Below, one piece after another: positions 25,501-35,967 of a stretch of DNA of 39,976 nt (position 1 is its first letter; each line of letters starts with the position of its first letter). The stretch is taken from positions 1 through 39,976 of the forward strand of contig JAUCBJ010004681.1 of NCBI GenBank assembly GCA_032718475.1, read 5' to 3'. Position numbers and translations under genes: made by a program. A model generated the notes under the pieces. That model was not told the DNA's origin. It ran no database searches and was given only the letters and a program-made list of their open reading frames with translations. The stretch comes from Nemertoderma westbladi. Taxonomy: Eukaryota > Animalia > Xenacoelomorpha.

Positions 25501-28500
25501 GCCTTATATTTGTGTTTTATATCGGTCAGTTTGTCGTTGAAACCTGTACAGGTACTAAATTCGTTTATTGTATTGGTTTGGTCCAGCCGCCAGCACCCCT
25601 TGTAACTTCATCGGTGTATATAATAGAAAAAAACCCACCCTGTAATTCCTCACAAAAATGCAACTAGTGAAATATAACAGCAAAACGGCTGGAAGAAACA
25701 CAATTTATATATTTTAAATTATTGAATATATACGAAGGCGGTTGGAGCCGATAGTTGGTTGCTAGAATAAGATCTAAAATACTTACTGGACAATCGTTGA
25801 GAGATTCAGTTGGAAATCCTTGTTGTCGTGAACGATTTCGCCGAGCAATGACCCTGTGTAGTTGGGGATAACACCGATGGGGTCGATCAGGTTGGCCGAG
25901 AGACCCTGATCTTGTTCGAGATCGCAACCGACCTGTGCGTTTCCGCCTACGAACAGGTGGAACATGGACCCGATGACGATGAGCCAACCGAACAGGAAGC
26001 AGACGATGACACTGCCGACGAGGAGTAGACCACCGCTGTTACTGAGGGAAGAGCGGGCGGTGGGAGCGGCGACCTTGTCGTAACCGCAGGCGCCGAGACC
26101 GAGGCCAACGTAGTTGAGAATGACGATAAGGAAAATTACACAACATAGAGCAAGTGTCACAGACCATCTGGAAGAGAAGGACAAGTTCTATAGAACGATG
26201 AAACACGATAGGGTTGGGTTAGTCCGGTTAGAAGATAATCAGAAAAGCTGAAAATCAAAAACATAAAAAATCAGAAATTAGAAATCAAAAATCACAAACA
26301 TGTGTACATTGGTATTATCCATATAACAAACCTGTAAATGCCAATCTTAGATATTGTATTAAGAACGGTTCCATCCCAAGTGGAATTCGCGACATTTTTG
26401 ACTCTCTGGAAGGATTTCACGATCTTATCGACATTTCTGTTGCAATTCATTCGGAACTCTTCGATGGTAACGTTGGTAACTAAAATATAAGTTAATTAAC
26501 GTTGGTAACTAAAATATAAGTTAATTAACGTTGGTAACTAAAAATATAAGTTAATTAACTTCGTGTAATCTAAAATATAAGTTAATTAACTTTGTGTAAG
26601 CTAAAATATAAGTTAATTAACTTTATGTAAGCTAAAATATAAGTTAATTAACTTTGTGTAAGCTAAAATATAAGTTAATTAACGTTGGTAACTAAAATAT
26701 AAGTTAATTAACGTTGGAACCTCCAGGCCTCTGCAGGAGTGGCGGGAAGCGAGTCGACGGAGTAACCATGGTTCCATGGAAACATGGTAAATCCGTCACT
26801 TGGGATGCGACTGTGGTAGATCCCCTTTGTCCCAGCCACATACACCTTGCCCTGACTGCTGGGGGTCGCGTTGCGGAGGTGGCTGAGGAGAAGAAAACAG
26901 CCAAATACCGGGAGCTAGTCGACCGGGGCTACATCTTCTCCCCGGTTGCCTTTGAGACCTACGGCTGTCCGGGCTCTTCCACTCGCAGTTTCCTGAAGGA
27001 GATCGGCGACCGTATACGTAGTGTCACCAACGAGCCGCGGTCGCACCGATTCCTCCTACAGAGGCTCCTCATTGCCATTCAGATCGGCAATGCCGCTTCG
27101 ATCTTAGGATCGATTAGGTCCACGGACGAGGGTCTGTTGGACCCCGTCTCCTAGGCTCCTCCACTTGCGTTCCCCGCTCCCCCTATCCCATCTCCCCTCC
27201 CCGTTATAACTCTTATTCCCCCGCCCCCTTTGTAATTTGTCTCTATTCTGAGATGCTTTTTATAATTTGTGCTTCATTATTGTAGTATTTCTATTTGTTT
27301 GTAATAATTAACTTTTGCAATTAATTGATTAGTAAATATAGCTAAAATATAAGTTAATTAACGTTGGTAACTAAAATATAAGTTAATTAACGTTGGTAAC
27401 TAAAATATAAGTTAATTAACTTTGTGTAAGCTAAAATATAAGTTAATTAACGTTGGTAACTAAAATATAAGTTAATTAACTTTGTGTAAGCTAAAATGTA
27501 AGTTAATTAACGTTGGTAACTAAAATATAAGTTAATTAACGTTGGTAACTAAAATATAAGTTAATAACGTTGGTAACTAAAATATAAGTTAATTAACTTT
27601 GTGTAATCTAAAATATAAGTTAATTAACTTTGTGTAAGCTAAAATATAAGTTAATTAACTTTGTGTAAGCTAAAATATAAGTTAATTAACGTTGGTAACT
27701 AAAATATAAGTTAATTAACGTTGGTAACTAAAATATAAGTTAATTAACTTTGTGTAAGCTAAAATATAAGTTAATTAACGTTGGTAACTAAAATATAAGT
27801 TAATTAACTTTGTGTAAGCTAAAATGTAAGTTAATTAACGTTGGTAACTAAAATATAAGTTAATTAACGTTGGTAACTAAAATATAAGTTAATTAACTTT
27901 GTGTAAGCTAAAATATAAGTTAATTAACGTTGGTAACTAAAATATAAGTTAATTAACTTTGTGTAAGCTAAAATGTAAGTTAATTAACGTTGGTAACTAA
28001 AATATAAGTTAATTAACGTTGGTAACTAAAATATAAGTTAATAACGTTGGTAACTAAAATATAAGTTAATTAACTTTGTGTAATCTAAAATATAAGTTAA
28101 TTAACTTTGTGTAAGCTAAAATATAAGTTAATTAACTTTGTGTAAGCTAAAATATAAGTTAATTAACGTTGGTAACTAAAATATAAGTTAATTAACGTTG
28201 GTAACTAAAATATAAGTTAATTAACTTTGTGTAAGCTAAAATATAAGTTAATTAACGTTGGTAACTAAAATATAAGTTAATTAACTTTGTGTAAGCTAAA
28301 ATGTAAGTTAATTAACGTTGGTAACTAAAATATAAGTTAATTAACGTTGGTAACTAAAATATAAGTTAATAACGTTGGTAACTAAAATATAAGTTAATTA
28401 ACTTTGTGTAATCTAAAATATAAGTTAATTAACTTTGTGTAAGCTAAAATATAAGTTAATTAACTTTGTGTAAGCTAAAATATAAGTTAATTAACGTTGG

Positions 28501-31500
28501 TAACTAAAATATAAGTTAATTAACGTTGGTAACTAAAATATAAGTTAATTAACTTTGTGTAAGCTAAATGTAAGCGGATTCAATTCCCTGCACTACCCAC
28601 CGAAAATGGGACTAGTGGCATTTCATAATGTCACCTCATAACCAACTAAGGCGATACACACCGCCAGCCACAGGGAAAGTTGAGAGGTCAAACCATCGCA
28701 GAGGGACAAAGGGGCTACCAAGGCTAGCACGTGGGGATAGTGGCAACAGGGAGTGGCGAGGTGACAATTAATCAGCTTAAGCCAATGATGGGTGGGGAAA
28801 ACACACTGGAAGCTTTTAACCGTCGTCGTCACTACCGTGCTATTATATTCTGACTGTGCTATTATTATGTTCTGTGATTATAACAACTGACAGTAAAAAC
28901 TCATTTATTTCAACGGCCTTTCGGCCTATTATATATATCCAGACTACAGCTTTAGCAGCCTATGGACGCGGCGACGCGTATAACACACACACCGGTCGGG
29001 TTCCATACTGTCAACTCCAAGATTCCGTCACACTAAAATGTAAGTTAATTAACGTTGGGAACTAAAATATAAGTTAATTAACGTTGGTAACTAAAATATA
29101 AGTTAATTAACTTTGTGTAAGCTAAAATATAAGTAAATTAACTTTGTGTAAGCTAAAATATAAGTTAATTAACGTTGGTAACTAAAATATAAGTTAATTA
29201 ACGTTGGTAACTAAAATATAAGTTAATTAACGTTGGTAACTAAAATATAAGTTAATTAACATTGGTAACTAAAATATAAGTTAATTAACGTTGGTAACTA
29301 AAATATAAGTTAATTAACTTTGTGTAAGCTAAAATATAAGTTAATTAACTTTGTGTAAGCTAAAATATAAGTTAATTAACTTTGTGTAGAAAATATGACT
29401 CATACGAAAATACGGATAAATTGGATACGGATCAAATAAAGATTGGATACGGATCAAGTACAGATGGGAAACGGATCAAGTACCGATTGGATACGGATCA
29501 AGTACAGATTGGATACGGATCAAGTACAGATTGGATACGGATCAAGTACAGATTGGATACGGATCAAGTACAGATTGGATACGGATCAAGTACAGATTGG
29601 ATACGGATCAAGTACAGATTGGATACGGATCAAGTACAGATTGGATACGGATCAAGTACAGATGGGAAACGGATCAAGTACAGATGGGAAACGGATCAAG
29701 TACAGATTGGATACGGATAAAGTGCAGATTGGATACGAATCAAGTACAGATTGGATACGGATCAAGTACAGATTGGATACGGATCAAGTACAGATTGGAT
29801 ACGGATCAAGTACAGATTGGATACGGATCAAGTACAGATTGGATACGGATCAAGTACAGATTGGATACGGATCAAGTACAGATTGGATACAGATCAAGTA
29901 CAGATTGGATACGGATCAAGTACAGATTGGATACGGATCAAGTACAGATTGGATACGGATCAAGTACAGATTGGATACGGATCAAGTACAGATTGGATAC
30001 GAATCAAGTACAGATTGGATACGGATCAAGTACAGATTGGATACGGATCAAGTACAGATTGGATACGGATCAAGTACAGATTGGATACGGATCAAGTACA
30101 GATTGGATACGGATCAAGTACAGATTGGATACGGATCAAGTACAGATTGGATACGGATCAAGTACAGATTGGATACGGATCAAGTACAGATTGGAAACGG
30201 ATCAAGTACAGATGGGAAACGGATCAAGTACCGATTGGATACGGATCAAGTACAGATGGGAAACGGATCAAGTACAGATTGGATACGAATCAAACGTACA
30301 GATTGGAAACGGATCAAGTACAGATTGGATACGGATTAAGTACAGATTGGATACGAATCAAACGTACAGATTGGAAACGGATCAAGTACAGATTGGATAC
30401 GGATTAAGTACAGATTGGATACGGATCAAGTACAGATTGGATACGGATTGAATACAAATTTGATACGGATTTAATATACAGATTGGATATATATTGAATA
30501 CGGATTGAATACGGATTAGTTTTATATTTTTTTTATTGTTACCAATGTGTTACCCGACTAGTAGTATACCTTATACTTTGTACTGTTGTGTTTTTAACAT
30601 TTTAATTAATTGAGCCGCCGGAAGCCTTTAATCCGGATATGGATAAGTGATAATAATAGGATTATCTCGATCCAGAATACCTGCTCTGGTATCGTTTGTT
30701 TCATCCATGAGTATTTGCCCCACCCTTTCCATCTGTTCCTCGTAAGTTTTTATCAGTTTCTCCATTCCAACATCATCAACTTGTTCAATGACCGGGACCA
30801 GACTGATCAGCTAAAATAAAAGCAAAGTAAAAATATTAAAGTTAAATGTCGCCCAGCATATTGCAGGTCTGTAATAGGTGAATCTAGTGTAATAAATAAA
30901 TAATATAAACTTCATTAAAGATTCGTTACGAGTAATTAAGGGCCGCACCCATCCACATAGCGAGTAATTAAGGGCCACACCCACCCACATAGCGAGTAAT
31001 TAAGGGCCACGCCCACCCACATAGCGAGTAATTAAGGGCCACACCCACCCACATAGCGAGTAATTAAGGGCCACACCCACCCACATAGCGAGTAATTAAG
31101 GGCCGCACCCACCCACATAGCGAGTAATTAATGGCCGCACCCACCCACATAGCGAGTAATTAAGGGTCACACCCACCCACATAGCGAGTAATTAAGGGCC
31201 GCACCCACCCACATAGCGAGTAATTAAGGGCCACACCCACCCACATAGCGAGTAATTAATGGCCGCACCCACCCACATAGCGAGTAATTAAGGGCCGCTC
31301 CCACCCACATAGCGAGTAATTAAGGGCCGCACCCACCCACATAGCGAGTAATTAATGGCCACACCCACCCACATAGCGAGTAATTAAGGGCCACACCCAC
31401 CCACATAGCGAGTAATTAAGGGCCGCACCCACCCACATAGCGAGTAATTAATGGCCGCACCCACCTACATAGCGAGTAATTAAGGGCCGCACCCACCCAC

Positions 31501-34500
31501 ATAGCGAGTAATTAAGGGCCACACCCACCCACATAGCGAGTAATTAAGGGCCGCACCCACCCACATAGCGAGTAATTAATGGCCGCACCCACCCACATAG
31601 CGAGTAATTAAGGGCCACACCCACCCACATAGCGAGTAATTAAGGGCCGCACCCACCCACATAGCGAGTAATTAATGGCCGCACCCACCTACATAGCGAG
31701 TAATTAAGGGCCGCACCCACCCACATAGCGAGTAATTAAGGGCCACACCCACCCACATAGCGAGTAATTAAGGGCCACACCCACCCACATAGCGAGTAAT
31801 TAATGGCCGCACCCACCCACATAGCGAGTAATTAAGGGCCACACCCACCCACATAGCGAGTAATTAATGGCCGCACCCACCCACATAGCGAGTAATTAAT
31901 GGCCGCACCCACCCACATAGCGAGTAATTAATGGCCGCACCCACCCACATAGCGAGTAATTAAGGGCCACACCCACCCACATAGCGAGTAATTAAGGGCC
32001 GCACCCACCCACATAGCGAGTAATTAAGGGCCACACCCACCCACATAGCGAGTAATTAATGGCCGCACCCACCCACCTAGCGAGTAATTAAGGGCCACAC
32101 CCACCCACATAGCGAGTAATTAATGGCCGCACCCACCCACATAGCGAGTAATTAAGGGCCACACCCACCCACATAGCGAGTAATTAAGGGCCGCACCCAC
32201 CCACATAGCGAGTAATTAAGGGCCACACCCACCCACATAGCGAGTAATTAAGGGCCGCACCCACCCACATAGCGAGTAATTAATGGCCGCACCCACCCAC
32301 ATAGCGAGTAATTAAGGGCCACACCCACCCACATAGCGAGTAATTAAGGGCTGCACCCACCCACATAGCGAGTAATTAAGGGCCACACCCACCCACATAG
32401 CGAGTAATTAATGGCCGCACCCACCCACCTAGCGAGTAATTAAGGGCCACACCCACCCACATAGCGAGTAATTAATGGCCGCACCCACCCACATAGCGAG
32501 TAATTAAGGGCCACACCCACCCACATAGCGAGTAATTAAGGGCCGCACCCACCCACATAGCGAGTAATTAAGGGCCGCACCCACCCACATAGCGAGTAAT
32601 TAATGGCCGCACCCACCCACATATCGAGTAATTAAGGGCCGCACCCACCCACATAGCGAGTAATTAAGGGCCGCACCCACCCACATAGCGAGTAATTAAG
32701 GGCCGCACCCACCCACATAGCGAGTAATTAAGGGCCGCACCCACCCACATAGCGAGTAATTAAGGGCCGCACCCACCCACATAGCGAGTAATTAAGGGCC
32801 GCACCCACCCACATAGCGAGTAATTAAGGGCCGCACCCACCCACATAGCGAGTAATTAAGGGCCGCACCCACCCACATAGCGAGTAATTAAGGGCCGCTC
32901 CCACCACATAGCGAGTAATTAAGGGCCGCACCCACTCACATAGCGAGTAATTAAGGGCCGCACCCACCCACATAGCGAGTAATTAAGGGCCGCACCCACC
33001 CACATAGCGAGTAATTAAGGGCCGCACCCACCCACATAGCGAGTAATTAATGGCCGCACCCACCCACATAGCGAGTAATTAAGAGCCGCACCCACCCACA
33101 TAGCGAGTAATTAAGGGCCGCACCCACCCACATAGCGAGTAATTAAGGGCCGCACCCACCCACATAGCGAGTAATTAAGGGCCGCACCCACCCACATAGC
33201 GAGTAATTAAGGGCCGCACCCACCCACATAGCGAGTAATTAAGGGCCGCACCCACCCACATAGCGAGTAATTAAGGGCCGCTCCCACCACATAGCGAGTA
33301 ATTAAGGGCCGCACCCACTCACATAGCGAGTAATTAAGGGCCGCACCCACCCACATAGCGAGTAATTAAGGGCCGCACCCACCCACATAGCGAGTAATTA
33401 AGGGCCGCACCCACCTACATAGCGAGTAATTAATGGCCGCACCCACCCACATAGCGAGTAATTAAGAGCCGCACCCACCCACACAGCGAGTAATTAAGGG
33501 CCGCACCCACCCACATAGCGAGTAATTAAGGGCCGCACCCACCCACATAGCGAGTAATTAAGGGCCGCACCCACCCACATAGCGAGTAATTAAGGGCCGC
33601 ACCCACCTACATAGCGAGTAATTAAGGGCCGCACCCACCTACATAGCGAGTAATTAATGGCCGCACCCACCCACATAGCGAGTAATTAAGGGCCGCACCC
33701 ACCCACATAGCGAGTAATTAAGGGCCGCACCCACCTACATAGCGAGTAATTAAGGGCCGCACCCACCCACATAGCGAGTAATTAAGGGCCGCACCCACCT
33801 ACATAGCGAGTAATTAAGGGCCGCACCCACCCACATAGCGAGTAATTAAGGGCCGCACCCACCCACATAGCGAGTAATTAAGGGCCGCACCCACCCACAT
33901 AGCGAGTAATTAAGGGCCGCACCCACCTACATAGCGAGTAATTAAGGGCCGCACCCACCCACATAGCGAGTAATTAAGGGCCGCACCCACCCACATAGCG
34001 AGTAATTAAGGGCCGCACCCACCTACATAGCGAGTAATTAAGGGCCGCACCCACCCACATAGCGAGTAATTAAGGGCCGCACCCACCCATATAGCGAGTA
34101 ATTAAGGGCCGCACCAACCCACATAGCGAGTAATTAAGGGCCGCACCCACCCACATAGCGAGTAATTAAGGGCCGCACCAACCCACATAGCGAGTAATTA
34201 AGGGCCGCACCCACCTACATAGCGAGTAATTAAGGGCCGCACCCACCCACATAGCGAGTAATTAAGGGCCGCACCCACCCACATAGCGAGTAATTAAGGG
34301 CCGCACCAACCCACATAGCGAGTAATTAAGGGCCACGCCCACCCACATAGCGAGTAATTAAGGGCCGCACCCACCCACATAGCGAGTAATTAATGGCCGC
34401 ACCCACCTACATAGCGAGTAATTAAGGGCCGCACCCACCCACATAGCGAGTAATTAAGGGCCACGCCCACCCACATAGCGAGTAATTAAGGGCCGCACCC

Positions 34501-35919
34501 ACCCACATAGCGAGTAATTAAGGGCCGCACCAACCCACATAGCGAGTAATTAAGGGCCGCACCCACCTACATAGCGAGTAATTAAGGGCCGCACCCACCC
34601 ACATAGCGAGTAATTAAGGGCCGCACCCACCCACATAGCGAGTAATTAAGGGCCGCACCAACCCACATAGCGAGTAATTAAGGGCCACGCCCACCCACAT
34701 AGCGAGTAATTAAGGGCCGCACCCACCCACATAGCGAGTAATTAAGGGCCGCACCCGAAATCAAACAAACCTCCTGAAATTTAATATCGATTCTCATTTC
34801 TTCCCCTTCTTCTGCGCATTGCGGACATGCAGCGAGAAGATTTTCTTTCATATTCTCGAGATCTGCGTTTAGTAGTAAATACTCGGCCCTCAACCCGTAG
34901 GCATGGTTGTTCGTTATAATCAACTCAGTCTTTATGTCCGCTAGGTCTATAAACATAAACAGCAGTTACCGATATAGAGAAGGTGTGGATATCGTGACGT
35001 GACGTTATCACTAAGGATATTAAATCATCAAATTTATACGGTGAATTACCCAAGCTTAAATTACACTTTAGCAAGTTCCTTAAGGCCCTAAATTAATTTT
35101 TGACGATTTTCATTTTTTTCTACCATTTATACACTAAATCGACATCGCTTTATTGAAAATTATTGAAAAGTTTCAGCCAATCAATTAGCGATATCTAGTT
35201 GTTTAAAAATCAAACCTAAATCCAATTGGAGAAGTCCGGGGAATGTAAAATAAATAAAGGGTTACAGTGCCGTTTAGGGGATAGTCGCTTGTATAATTGT
35301 AAAAAAACTTGAATTTCATTAGTGCGAACAACATAAGTTTCGGAAACAAAATTTGATTAAAAATCACTTTTTAATAATGATCGATGGCTGATTGTTTTGG
35401 ATCGATGGCTGATTCTTTTGGATCGATGGCTGATTCTTTTGGATCGATGGCTGATTGTTTTGGATCGATGGCTGATTCTTTTGGATCGATGGCTGATTGT
35501 TTTGGATCGATGGCTGATTCTTTTGGATCGATGGCTGATTGTTTTGGATCGATGGCTGATTCTTTTGGATCGATGGCTGATTCTTTTGGATCGATGGCTG
35601 ATTGTTTTGGATCGATGGCTGATTCTTTTGGATCGATGGCTGATTGTTTTGGATCGATGGCTGATTCTTTTGGATCGATGGCTGATTCTTTTGGATCGAT
35701 GGCTGATTCTTTTGGATCGATGGTTGATTCTTTTGGATCGATGGTTGATTCTTTTGAATCGATGGTTGATTCTACCTTAATAATCTAACCTTCTATTATT
35801 TTGTTGACATCGCTGAGAGCCTCATTAGTGCCGTCCTTTAGTTTCGCTTTGATTGTATCGCCAAGGATACCGCCAATATTTTGAAGGTCCGAAAGAAATT
35901 GGACATTCATAAAGTTGCA
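4365..35919 (-). CDS. prom: Prominin-family (CD133-like) pentaspan membrane glycoprotein, partial multi-exon gene (10 exons in window, 566 codons; 5' and 3' exons outside window)
   Basis: Hand-spliced exons join in frame with GT-AG boundaries (phases 1,0,1,2,2,0,0,2,0). IGIYRWSVTLALCCVIFLIVILNYVGLGLGACGYDKVAAPTARSSLSNSGGLLL resembles human PROM1 as recalled (YDSYWWLGGLVIC...[30 protein letters not shown]). DFVDWSTSSIDNDVGNC...ICGNMVGSL resembles the pre-TM5 segment (YLQWIEFSISEKVASC...LCSYIIDPL). No database search was run. Confidence 0.93.
4815..4953 (-). CDS. prom: prominin exon I (RVDDIDNDMKSLERLLSDFKTRVEEVRLKTVEAKEYTNEQITKTISK)
   Basis: Acceptor attaatatag, donor AAG|gttaga, 139 nt; phase 2 in, phase 0 out; amphipathic helix pattern. 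Confidence 0.83.
5410..5585 (-). CDS. prom: prominin exon H (INDAIENRQITVESLNGVADSLSTKSEELTDKDDVQAVKYIMGKLRWLNGNTVRAIKN)
   Basis: Acceptor ttttttatttttgttaag, donor AACAG|gtaaga, 176 nt; phase 0 in, phase 2 out. Confidence 0.83.
5836..7283. repeat. 20-bp minisatellite (cctatctggcgctataatct / gctatctggcgctatactca) grading into 19-bp degenerate units, ~70 copies
   Basis: Directly visible; lies in intron 5586-7429. Confidence 0.96.
7430..7585 (-). CDS. prom: prominin exon G (ISDVGKSIDDVCDAVKLVSFQPIDALDEYFIASQKLHDDIIGDKLITKYRPV)
   Basis: Acceptor tttccattcgtag, donor GTT|gtaagt, 156 nt, phase 0/0, open frame; follows a 17.6-kb intron. Confidence 0.8.
8124..22630. repeat. 45-bp satellite, ~14.5 kb, ~320 copies (catagttggaaagcgtgagtaaagtaataacatacactaatatct) with 47-bp variants and higher-order blocks
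   Basis: Directly visible head-to-tail array with no spacers; lies in intron 7586-25233. Confidence 0.99.
22899..23028. repeat. 23-bp minisatellite (actaagaagtgttacttagtgct), ~5.5 copies
   Basis: Directly visible; unit contains the inverted pair actaag/cttagt. Confidence 0.93.
24746..25189. repeat. (CCGTC)n pentanucleotide microsatellite, ~88 copies; (GACGG)n on the gene's sense strand
   Basis: Almost perfect array, with one ccgcc variant near 24761. Confidence 0.99.
25234..25333 (-). CDS. prom: prominin exon F (QTCSKKKDPDTQKGLYKVLELQTVQDVDKLFERK)
   Basis: Acceptor ttttatttcag, donor AAG|gtaaga, 100 nt. C...KGLY.VL.LQ resembles PROM1 CKKNRGTYGTLHLQ. Confidence 0.88.
25787..26167 (-). CDS. 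prom: prominin exon E encoding TM3, cytoplasmic loop, TM4 and start of extracellular loop 2
   Basis: Acceptor ccttctcttccag, donor CA|gtaagt, 381 nt. ORF 25783..26184 has two hydrophobic helices and the CGYD..A.PT.R...SN.GG prominin signature. Confidence 0.95.
26332..26479 (-). CDS. prom: prominin exon D (VTNVTIEEFRMNCNRNVDKIVKSFQRVKNVANSTWDGTVLNTISKIGIYR)
   Basis: Acceptor ttatattttag (the last copy of the 29-bp repeat), donor TACAG|gtttgt, 148 nt. Phase 1 in, phase 2 out, giving R|W into the TM3 exon. N-glycosylation sequons NVT and NST. Confidence 0.87.
26718..27339 (+). mobile_element. 5'-truncated non-LTR retrotransposon, C-terminal restriction-like endonuclease (RLE) domain plus 3' UTR, CRE-clade-like
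   Basis: ORF 26714..27154 has EPPGL...KRVDG.T..PW..GK...WD.T, AE.KK..KY, F.PVAFET.G and QRL..AIQ.GNA, the PD-(D/E)xK pattern typical of CRE-like elements. GC-rich island within an AT-rich array, followed by a C-rich then T-rich 3' UTR. Confidence 0.85.
28569..29032. mobile_element. Solo LTR (464 bp) of an LTR retrotransposon
   Basis: Begins TGTAAGCGGATTC and ends GATTCCGTCACA (imperfect inverted termini, TG...CA). 5-bp TSD ctaaa at 28564-28568 and 29033-29037. Removing it restores a normal repeat unit. No coding capacity. Confidence 0.8.
29421..30517. repeat. 22-bp minisatellite (gattggatacggatcaagtaca), ~50 copies
   Basis: Directly visible; degenerate at both edges; nearly abuts the 29/31-bp array. 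Confidence 0.97.
30681..30810 (-). CDS. prom: prominin exon C (LISLVPVIEQVDDVGMEKLIKTYEEQMERVGQILMDETNDTRA)
   Basis: Acceptor ttttattttag, donor GCAG|gtattc, 130 nt; phase 0 in and phase 1 out fit both neighbours. Confidence 0.8.
30929..34756. repeat. 32-bp minisatellite (cgagtaattaagggccgcacccacccacatag), ~120 copies
   Basis: Directly visible; fills about 97% of intron 30811-34770. Confidence 0.98.
34771..34946 (-). CDS. prom: prominin exon B (DLADIKTELIITNNHAYGLRAEYLLLNADLENMKENLLAACPQCAEEGEEMRIDIKFQE)
   Basis: Acceptor tgtttatag, donor GAG|gtttgt, 176 nt. Part of ORF 34678..34956. Helical segment with a Cys pair, as in prominin extracellular loop 1. Confidence 0.85.
35379..35773. repeat. 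21-bp minisatellite (gatcgatggctgattcttttg), ~19 copies
   Basis: Directly visible; lies in intron 34947-35789. Confidence 0.97.
35790..35919 (-). CDS. prom: prominin exon A (CNFMNVQFLSDLQNIGGILGDTIKAKLKDGTNEALSDVNKIIE)
   Basis: Acceptor tattttcag, donor GAAG|gttaga, 130 nt, open frame. DLQNIGGILG resembles PROM1 DLNSINSVLGG. Ends in phase 1, matching exon B. Confidence 0.85.
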
Positions 35920-35967
35920 CTGAAAATAGCAAATAAATAATAATTATGGATATATTTAGCAATTAAA

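Larger units (their letters stand above)
26469..29388. repeat. Mixed 29-bp (aacgttggtaactaaaatataagttaatt) and 31-bp (aactttgtgtaagctaaaatataagttaatt) minisatellite, ~60 units, overlapping the exon D acceptor and interrupted by two insertions
   Basis: Three visible blocks: 26469-26717, 27340-28568, 29033-29388. Confidence 0.97.

Noticed and set aside
26480-29388. Recursive-splicing ratchet points in the acceptor array
   Set aside because: Classical ratchet points need AG|GT; these copies are AG|TT or AG|CT and would not regenerate a donor.
29382-30451. DTDQVQIGYGSSTDWIRIKYRL repeat ORFs in all three plus frames
   Set aside because: A stop-free 22-bp unit cycles through frames; no sign of codon-level constraint.
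26469-34756. CRISPR-like appearance of 29-32 bp repeats
   Set aside because: Units are head-to-tail with no unique spacers, there are no cas genes, and the context is a spliceosomal eukaryotic gene.
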